Source of the DNA: a virus
Lineage: Duplodnaviria; Caudoviricetes
IMG/VR virus record: IMGVR_UViG_3300026522_000024
Location: 52,105-116,104 of that record
DNA: 64,000 bases
Strand: one strand, 5' to 3'
The position numbers and the translations under genes were made by a program. This document shows positions 57,197-64,000 of this stretch, piece after piece. Every line of letters begins with the position of its first letter. The first letter of the stretch is position 1. Under the pieces are notes generated by a model. It worked only from the letters and a program-made list of their open reading frames with translations, did not search any database and had not been told where the DNA came from.

Positions 57197-57430
57197 ATGG
57201 CTAAAAAAGCAGAATCAAATACCGATGCTGTTAATGCATCGTCTACAATTAAAACTGAACCTTTTGTAAAGTCCAGAAAACGTACTTCCCTTGATGAGTT
57301 TGCCATTACCCACAGACTCAGACCTGAAATGAAAGCTGGATTTAAGGTATGGCTGAAGGGTGAACTCCATCATTTTGATGATGAATGGGAAACACTATTT
57401 AAGAATTACACAAATAGACAGTTAAAGTAA
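57197..57430 (+). CDS. small conserved protein before the tail sheath
   Basis: LDEF..AGFKVW motif; synteny. Confidence 0.65.
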   Translation: MAKKAESNTDAVNASSTIKTEPFVKSRKRTSLDEFAITHRLRPEMKAGFKVWLKGELHHFDDEWETLFKNYTNRQLK

Positions 57431-57442
57431 GGAGGAATAAAG

Positions 57443-59236
57443 ATGGCAAACACAGTCTATTTTAACGGTGATGTGCTTACCATACCTGGTGCTTACTCAG
57501 CAATTGACGTCAGCAACCTGCAGGTAAAGAGTGATGGTGATGGTGCTAAGACTATTGCTATTATTGGTGAGTGCACAGGTGGTGAGCCACAGGTAGTTCA
57601 ATTCTTTAGTGAACCTACTGTAGCTAGAAAGATTTTGAAGTCTGGTGAACTTCTGAAGGCTTGTGAAAAAGCATGGAATCCTGTTTCTGGTAGTAAAGAG
57701 GGCGTGCCTATTGGTGGTGCTAACATTATTGCGGTTATCCGTTCTAATGCTGCTACCAAGTCTTTCCTTGAGATTGACCCAGAAGGTGTAGTTGCCCCTA
57801 CTGAGAAGCAGATTGTATTCCAGTCTAAGGACTGGGGCAAGGATACAGCTCACCAGGTTAAAATTTCCAATGGCACCATAGAGGGTACAAAGAACCTCAC
57901 CATCTATGACCAGACCAATGATGTATATGAACACTGGGACAATGTTGGTCGCATGTTCTCTATTGGCTACACAGGTGATAAGGCTTATGCTGAGGTCAAT
58001 GTGTATAAAGATAGCAACGGTGCGATGTACCTCCAGACCAAGATTGGTGACGATGAGGCTTCTGCTGTAGAAGACATCCATATTGCCCTTGACCCAATTA
58101 AGTACAAGAACTTGCGTGTTCTTATTTCTGACCTTCAGTCCTATGAGAACTACAAAGTAATTGCTGCTACACGCTACAATATGCGTTTGAAGGTAAATGA
58201 GCTGGATATCATCACTAAAAAGAACATCAAGTCAACTCAGCTTGTTCCTACAGCCACCATTACGGCTACATTCGCAGATACTGCTAGTACTCTGGCTCTC
58301 AATTCTCGTTTGATTGAGGTTAAGTCTTACAACAAGGAAATTGGTAATAAGACTATTCCTAATACGAATGGTGCTTACCTGTTCCTTACTGGTGGCAGTG
58401 AAGGTTCTAGCCCAGCAAGTTGGATTAAATTTTTTGATATGTTGAGCAACTACGACATTCAGTACATTGTTCCGCTTATCGGAGATATTTCCATACATGC
58501 TGAGCTCATGGAACATGTTATGGCTATGTCTGGTACCATGGGCAAGGAAAGACGTGGTGTTGTTGGCGGTAACGTCAATGAAACTATCAATGAATCAATA
58601 CAGCGTGCACGTGACCTCAATCATGCTCGCATGCAGGTTGTACACGGTGGTTTCTATGACGTAAATAGCAACAATGAGTTGGAATTGTATCCTCCTTACA
58701 TCTTGGCTGCTCAGCATGCTGGTCGTGCTGCATTCCTTCCTGATGGTGAGCCAGCTACTCATGATATATATCGTATGAGTGCTCCAGAGTATCAGCTTGA
58801 AGCTAATGAAATCACAGCACTTCTTCAGTCTGGTGTTCTGGCATTCGAGTTTGTGATTGGTCAGGCTGGTGTATCTCAGTCCCATGCACGTCTTGTACAA
58901 GACCTCACTACAGACCTTGTCAATCAGGATGTGGTACACGTTGAGAGAGCAACTGGTCAGCTGGCTGACTCTATCAATAAGGAAATCAGACGTGGTCTGG
59001 ATAGCTTGCTGACTGGTAAGCGTACTTCCTTGACTGACCTTACTTCTGCCAAGAACCGTGTTATTTCCATCCTTCAGGAACGTCAGCGTAATGGTTACAT
59101 TATTGCTTACAAGGATGTATATGTATCCAAAACTGGCACAATCACTACAGTGGATTATGGAGTAGCTGCTGCTGAGCCTAACAACTTTACGCTTATTACA
59201 GCACACTACTATTCTGAAACACTGACAGCAGAGTAA
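57443..59236 (+). CDS. tail sheath protein
   Basis: IIGECTGGEP, LKSGELL.A.E.AWNP, SKDWG, LTGG.EG..P.SW, YIVPL, LVQDLTT. Confidence 0.93.
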   Translation: MANTVYFNGDVLTIPGAYSAIDVSNLQVKSDGDGAKTIAIIGECTGGEPQVVQFFSEPTVARKILKSGELLKACEKAWNPVSGSKEGVPIGGANIIAVIRSNAATKSFLEIDPEGVVAPTEKQIVFQSKDWGKDTAHQVKISNGTIEGTKNLTIYDQTNDVYEHWDNVGRMFSIGYTGDKAYAEVNVYKDSNGAMYLQTKIGDDEASAVEDIHIALDPIKYKNLRVLISDLQSYENYKVIAATRYNMRLKVNELDIITKKNIKSTQLVPTATITATFADTASTLALNSRLIEVKSYNKEIGNKTIPNTNGAYLFLTGGSEGSSPASWIKFFDMLSNYDIQYIVPLIGDISIHAELMEHVMAMSGTMGKERRGVVGGNVNETINESIQRARDLNHARMQVVHGGFYDVNSNNELELYPPYILAAQHAGRAAFLPDGEPATHDIYRMSAPEYQLEANEITALLQSGVLAFEFVIGQAGVSQSHARLVQDLTTDLVNQDVVHVERATGQLADSINKEIRRGLDSLLTGKRTSLTDLTSAKNRVISILQERQRNGYIIAYKDVYVSKTGTITTVDYGVAAAEPNNFTLITAHYYSETLTAE

Positions 59237-59249
59237 AGGAGTGAGATAA

Positions 59250-59753
59250 ATGGCTACACAAGCAAATCAGACAGTACACAGCGGCAATACAGTGTTGCTT
59301 AAAGTTAAAGGTCAGGTTGTAGGACGTGCCCAAAGCCTGGATGGTCGTAGGTCATTTGGTACTGAGGGTGTGTATGAGATTGGCTCTATCATGCCACAGG
59401 AGCATATCAACAATAGATATGAGGGTACTGTGTCCTTGGAACGATTCTTGATTAAGAAGGCTGACCTTGCTAAAGTTGGTATGGCAGCTTTGGGTGAGGA
59501 AATTCTTAACACTGATATCATTGACATCGAAGTCATTGACAAGAACAATGGTCAGACAGTCCGTGTATATCGTGGCTGTACCTGCGTTGACTACTCTGAG
59601 AACTTCCGTGTTGGTGCTATCTCAGGTGAGAATGCTTCCTTCCAGTATTTGTCTTGTGACAGAGGTGACGCTACTACTTCTGTGGCTAATGCTCAGGCAG
59701 GAACTACTGTTCAGCAGATTACCAACACTGTGAGTCAGGTAAACAGCCTGTAA
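59250..59753 (+). CDS. tail tube protein
   Basis: MATQANQTVHSGNTV, VGRAQS, FGTEGVYEIGSIMPQEH. Confidence 0.93.
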   Translation: MATQANQTVHSGNTVLLKVKGQVVGRAQSLDGRRSFGTEGVYEIGSIMPQEHINNRYEGTVSLERFLIKKADLAKVGMAALGEEILNTDIIDIEVIDKNNGQTVRVYRGCTCVDYSENFRVGAISGENASFQYLSCDRGDATTSVANAQAGTTVQQITNTVSQVNSL

Positions 59754-59771
59754 AATTTACATAGTCTATAA

Positions 59772-59812
59772 TAAGCCCTTAGTGGATTAACCATTAAGGG
59801 CTTATATTATTG
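59772..59812 (+). terminator. hairpin / terminator after the tube gene
   Basis: TAAGCCCTTAGTGG-attaa-CCATTAAGGGCTTA. Confidence 0.65.
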
Positions 59813-59858
59813 TTTATAGGATAAACCCATTAACTAACATCTATAAGGAGAGATTAAA

Positions 59859-60296
59859 ATGGCTAAAAAACTGACGGAAAACCAAATGGAAGTACTTGCT
59901 GGTATCGTAGACAGTGAGAGCAAGACCTACACCTTTGAGAAGGAAGTAAGTGTTGAAGGTGAAAAGAAAAAAGGAACTTTTACTGTTAAGTACATGGGGG
60001 TAGCAGCACGTTTACGCTTGGGTACTATTCGTGCTAGACTTCTGGAAGGTGCACCTTCTCAGTCTGTTGACCCACTTACAGATGATATTGCTTATATGAT
60101 AGCGTATCTCACAGTATCATTAGTTAAAGCACCTAACTGGTGGGACTATGATAAAATTGATGACGTGAGTGATTTGCGTGAGGTGTACATGGAGGCATAC
60201 AAGTTCATGCGTTCTTTTCGAGGACAAAATGAACAGAGTGCCAATGCTGGAGATAGTTCAACTTCCGATAGCAAGAAGGCTATGGAAAGTAAGTAA
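59859..60296 (+). CDS. tail assembly chaperone (gpG-like)
   Basis: between tube and tape measure; KGTFTVK, AYL.V..APNWW. Confidence 0.8.
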   Translation: MAKKLTENQMEVLAGIVDSESKTYTFEKEVSVEGEKKKGTFTVKYMGVAARLRLGTIRARLLEGAPSQSVDPLTDDIAYMIAYLTVSLVKAPNWWDYDKIDDVSDLREVYMEAYKFMRSFRGQNEQSANAGDSSTSDSKKAMESK

Positions 60297-60642
60297 GCTA
60301 CTTCACCTACCAGTGAGCCACCCTGCTATGCAGAGTTTGGATACCTATGACCTAGATTTCTATGAACTTTCAGATATTGCTGATGACCCGAAGAAATTGG
60401 AGCAACTGCAGAATCACTTCTTTGACCCAGACTTTGATGAGTGGTTGGAAGAATTTGATAAGGAACAATCTGAGAAGCAGGTTAAAGAGAAAGAGTCAAC
60501 TGAACCAGAACCACCTGACCTTGACACCATAAAATACAGTCAAAATAACTCATATAACAATCAAGTTACTGAGTTAGAAACTGAAGAATACGAAATGGGT
60601 ACTGCTGCAGCCGATGAAGAATTTGAGAGGGATGATGAATAA
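60217..60642 (+). CDS. tail chaperone extension (gpT-like), probably reached by +1 frameshift
   Basis: +1-frame ORF overlapping the chaperone; ARRLWK..LPVSHP..FFDPDFDEW. Confidence 0.7.
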   Translation, partial: FEDKMNRVPMLEIVQLPIARRLWKVSKLLHLPVSHPAMQSLDTYDLDFYELSDIADDPKKLEQLQNHFFDPDFDEWLEEFDKEQSEKQVKEKESTEPEPPDLDTIKYSQNNSYNNQVTELETEEYEMGTAAADEEFERDDE

Positions 60643-63600
60643 TGGCTGACACCAATGTACGCATCAAGTTGTCAGCTGATGGCAAACAGGTGCGAGACAC
60701 GCTAAAGCTAATAGACCAAGATATACAGCAGCTTGGAAGTGGCAATGCTGTAAATACAAGTGATACCTCTAATACTGGTAACAACAATACCCAACAGGGA
60801 CAATCTTCTTCAGACAGAGTAAAGCAGTCTAATAGAGACAGGAATACAACACTCCTTTTAAGGGAACTGATTCTGGTTAGACGTGAATTACAACAGATGA
60901 ACAGGAACACCAGTAGTACTGGTGCTCCTAGCTCATCTAATGCTCCTACACCAGTTGGGGGTTCTGGAAGTAATACTCCAACTCCACCAACTCCATCAGG
61001 AGGTGGCAGTCAGAACAACCCACCAACTCCACCTGGTGGCAATCCTCCACCACAAGGATTAGGGCAATTACAAAGTGTTTTAGGCAAACTGGCAGCTGGA
61101 GTTGCTGCCTTGTCTGCCTTTAATGGTATGGCTAATTCTAGCCAGAACAGACTTTCATTAGCCTATAAAACCTATGGTAGTACTCTGGCTTATGACGACT
61201 ACAACAGAGCAGGTAAGGATGCAGTAAAGCTAGGAGAAAGATATGGTTATGATTATGAAGTAACCATGGGTGCTTCTTCAGCTAACATGCGTAGTGGTGC
61301 TGGCTTTAAGGATATTGCATCTTATAAGGCTGACATGAATGCTATACTGAAGTCATCTAAGGCTTGGGGGCTTGACCCTAATGCTGTAGCTAGTGCTTCT
61401 GGTAATATGGTAGGCATGGGTGCTTTCAAGCAGGGTGAGCAACAGAAATTTGCTAACCTCTTAGCTCAGTCTATTGTAGAAAATGGCATGCAGGGCATGG
61501 AGGATAAGCAGCTGGATGTCTTAGAGGACATAGCTGGGAATCTTTCCGCAACCAATGCTACAGTTAGTCAGCAGTCCATAGAGAGTGGTTTGAACCTTTA
61601 TAATGCTATTGTTGGTGTCAACGATAGTATGAAAGGACAACGTGGTGGCAATCTCACAAACAAGATGATGGGATTAGCTAGTGGCCAGGATAACGCTCTG
61701 AATTTGTTCGCTGGATTAGGTACAGAATACACTGGCATTGAAGGCTATAATGAGTTCATGAAGAAGGCAGCTGAGGACTCTACATTTGTTCCTAGACGTG
61801 CTTGGGACAGAATGAAAGAAGTCTATGGTGAAGAAAAAGCTGCTGAATACATGAAATATCACCTCCAGAAGAGTGGAGGATATAGCATTGGTGAGGCTGA
61901 AACTGTAGTAGAGTCACTGAAGGCTGGAACTAAGTTTGATACTAAAGGTACTAAGACTGGAGAGCAAGCAGAACAACAACGCATTGAGAACTATGAGCAA
62001 GATAAGGTATCAGACCTTGAAAAATCTGATATTGCCATTCGTGAAGCCAAAGATGACGTTGGTGATTTAATCAATGAAATCAAAGCACCTATACTCAGTG
62101 TATTTAATGATATGTCTGATGGTGCTAAGATGGCTACTATTGGTGCTACAACAATTGGTGGCTCTGTTGTATTTGGTAAGGCAGCACAAGCTGTTTGGAA
62201 CAGATTAGGAGGTGCGGCTGCTGGAGCAGCAGAAGGTGCTGGTGGTGCCGCAGGAGGTGCGGCTGGAGCATCAGAAGCATTAGCAGGTGCTGCTAGGACT
62301 GGTTCCAAATTAGTGAAAAAAGGTGCTCCAATCGTTGCTGGAGTTGTAGGTGCTTATGATACTTATGAAGCAATACAACGGGATGATTATAGAGGGGCAG
62401 CTGAGGCTGCTGGAGGCACTTTAGGAGGTATTGGTGGAGCAGTAGCAGGTGCTGAAGCTGGTGCTGCCATTGGTGCTCTGTTCGGAGGTGTAGGTGCCAT
62501 ACCTGGTGCTGCTATTGGAGGTATATTAGGTGGCATAGGTGGTGGATTCCTTGGTGATTCTCTAGGAGAATGGGGTGGTGGAAGCCTGTATGACCTTATA
62601 GCTGGAGATTCAGAAGAACATGGAGAAAGTGGCGTAGCTGCTGAGGAAAAGAACAAAAACCTTAAAGAAAACACTGAAGCACTAAGAGAGAACACCAAAA
62701 GGTTAAGTGGTAAGGGAAATAATGCTAATGCTAGACCAGATGATTTTGGCCCATTAGAGGAACAACGTAAAAAGAATAAAGAACGCGAAGAAGAACAAAA
62801 ATCAACAAGTTTTTTACAGTGGTTATTTGGTAGTAATGGCGAAAAGGGCAAAAAACATGCTGTAGGTAATGACTATATTCCATATGATAACTACCCAGCT
62901 TTGCTTCATAAAGGTGAAAAGGTATTAACTAAGAAGGAATCAGAGGAATACGATGATATGGTAATTAGTGCTAAATCGTCTATGCCTCTGTACTATGAAT
63001 ACAAAGTAAATACAGCTAAAGCAAACAAAGCAGAACAGCTTGCCGTGGGTAAAGACTATGTACCATATGATAACTATCCAGCTTTACTACATAAAGGTGA
63101 AAAGGTATTAACTCAACCTGAAGCCGATGAGCTAGGCAACCTTAAAGGTATTGACATACCAGATGAACACAAAATAACTGAAAATGATTCAGAGGAAACT
63201 AAAAATGCTAAATTACAGGAACAGCAGAAACTACTAGAGCAGTTGAATACCAGCAATACTGAACTTAACAAAGAACAAGAATTACAAGCAGATAAAACTG
63301 CTTCACCATACAAGAAGAAAGGGCTAGACTTGCTATCCATATTGAACTTTGGTATAGGCATGCTAGGTGGTTCTCAGATTAAGAACAATGGACTTTTTAA
63401 CATAGGTTTACAACACATTGGATTACCAGGATTCAGTGGAGAACACATGGAAGGAATGGATGAACTCTATTCTAAGATGACTGGAATACCAATTGTTGGT
63501 AATAACAATCCATTAGAAGCAATTTTCAGCGAAAAAGATAATCCATTAGGAGATATATTTGGCGGTAAGGATAATCCTTTAAGTGGTATTTTTGGCGGTA

Positions 63601-64000
63601 AAGACAATCATTTAAGTGGTATTTTTGGCGGTAAAGACAATCCATTAGGAGATATATTCATTGGCAACGATAATCCATTGAGCATACTATTAGGAGGTGG
63701 AGATAACTCAGGAGGAATACTTGGTAAAAACCAAGATTTTTCCAAAATCTTCAAGATAGGTCAAGGCGGTGGAGGGTGTTTTGGACAAGATAAAGATAAC
63801 CCATTAAGTATACTGTTTGGTGGATTAAATAAGAACAACCAAGATTTTTCTAAAATCTTCAAGATAGGTCAAGGCGGTGGAGGGTGTTTTGGACAAGATA
63901 AAGATAACCCATTAAGTATACTGTTTGGTGGATTAAATAAGAACAACCAAGATTTTTCTAAAATCTTCAAGATAGGTCAAGGCGGTGGAGGGTGTTTTGG
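60642..64000 (+). CDS. tape measure protein (open to the window end)
   Basis: TAATG overlap; MADTNVRIKLSADG; Gly/Ala-rich segment; two HAVG.DY.PYDNYPALLHKGEKVLT-type motifs; absent from the ORF track, consistent with no stop before the end. Confidence 0.85.
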   Translation, partial: MADTNVRIKLSADGKQVRDTLKLIDQDIQQLGSGNAVNTSDTSNTGNNNTQQGQSSSDRVKQSNRDRNTTLLLRELILVRRELQQMNRNTSSTGAPSSSNAPTPVGGSGSNTPTPPTPSGGGSQNNPPTPPGGNPPPQGLGQLQSVLGKLAAGVAALSAFNGMANSSQNRLSLAYKTYGSTLAYDDYNRAGKDAVKLGERYGYDYEVTMGASSANMRSGAGFKDIASYKADMNAILKSSKAWGLDPNAVASASGNMVGMGAFKQGEQQKFANLLAQSIVENGMQGMEDKQLDVLEDIAGNLSATNATVSQQSIESGLNLYNAIVGVNDSMKGQRGGNLTNKMMGLASGQDNALNLFAGLGTEYTGIEGYNEFMKKAAEDSTFVPRRAWDRMKEVYGEEKAAEYMKYHLQKSGGYSIGEAETVVESLKAGTKFDTKGTKTGEQAEQQRIENYEQDKVSDLEKSDIAIREAKDDVGDLINEIKAPILSVFNDMSDGAKMATIGATTIGGSVVFGKAAQAVWNRLGGAAAGAAEGAGGAAGGAAGASEALAGAARTGSKLVKKGAPIVAGVVGAYDTYEAIQRDDYRGAAEAAGGTLGGIGGAVAGAEAGAAIGALFGGVGAIPGAAIGGILGGIGGGFLGDSLGEWGGGSLYDLIAGDSEEHGESGVAAEEKNKNLKENTEALRENTKRLSGKGNNANARPDDFGPLEEQRKKNKEREEEQKSTSFLQWLFGSNGEKGKKHAVGNDYIPYDNYPALLHKGEKVLTKKESEEYDDMVISAKSSMPLYYEYKVNTAKANKAEQLAVGKDYVPYDNYPALLHKGEKVLTQPEADELGNLKGIDIPDEHKITENDSEETKNAKLQEQQKLLEQLNTSNTELNKEQELQADKTASPYKKKGLDLLSILNFGIGMLGGSQIKNNGLFNIGLQHIGLPGFSGEHMEGMDELYSKMTGIPIVGNNNPLEAIFSEKDNPLGDIFGGKDNPLSGIFGGKDNHLSGIFGGKDNPLGDIFIGNDNPLSILLGGGDNSGGILGKNQDFSKIFKIGQGGGGCFGQDKDNPLSILFGGLNKNNQDFSKIFKIGQGGGGCFGQDKDNPLSILFGGLNKNNQDFSKIFKIGQGGGGCF
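63535..64000 (+). repeat. in-frame tandem repeats: about five 33-bp units (KDNPLxxIFGG), then at least 2.5 108-bp units
   Basis: 108-bp copies start at 63729, 63837 and 63945 (NQDFSKIFKIGQGGGGCFGQDKDNPLSILFGGLNKN). Confidence 0.92.

Noticed and set aside
31159-59206. Long minus-strand ORFs (e.g. 31954-32976, 49830-50612, 58595-59206; also 17470-18378)
   Set aside because: Antisense shadows of well-supported + strand genes, with no SDs or motifs.
17311-64000. Tandem repeats as CRISPR arrays
   Set aside because: No unique spacers; the repeats are contiguous and in-frame within coding sequence.
1-64000. tRNA genes, integrase, transposases
   Set aside because: None recognised. The TopIB shares the tyrosine-recombinase fold but has TopIB-specific motifs.

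Overview
A 64-kb segment of a large, AT-rich myovirus genome with SPO1/Twort (Herelleviridae)-like organisation, infecting a Bacillota host. The host is possibly Negativicutes, judging by the catalytic-domain-only GH25 lysin (inference). Essentially all real genes are on the + strand. Gene order: replication/recombination (3' exon of a family-A DNA polymerase, UvsY-like protein, SSB, RecA, 5'-3' exonuclease, class III RNR, NrdG, ligase, sigma factor); about 12 kb of small accessory genes; lysin, DHH phosphoesterase, kinase and a putative DNA-hypermodification pair; terminase; an unusual 12-kb block of enzymes upstream of the head genes; then MuF-like, portal, protease, scaffold, capsid, neck, sheath, tube, chaperones and the start of the tape measure. 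Main observations: (1) Four unrelated proteins (an unknown, topoisomerase IB, a zeta-toxin-like kinase and a PARP-like ADP-ribosyltransferase) share an N-terminal leader, F[VI][ND]KGxD...[LM]xK|[AS]...GL..V.V.GK.G...W. The leader contains the apparent prohead-protease cleavage motif, and most of these genes are followed by a small partner ORF. This is a candidate capsid-loaded, injected effector/immunity system. (2) nrdD is broken into two separately translatable halves by an unrelated gene. (3) An ORF-less group I intron in a head-completion gene has a free-standing GIY-YIG endonuclease next door, and a second intron's 3' end sits at the SPO1 pol site. (4) An aGPT-Pplase2 plus class II amidotransferase pair. 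(5) A probable +1 frameshift in the tail chaperone. (6) Apparent avoidance of GATC. All family assignments come from motif recognition by eye; no database searches were run.
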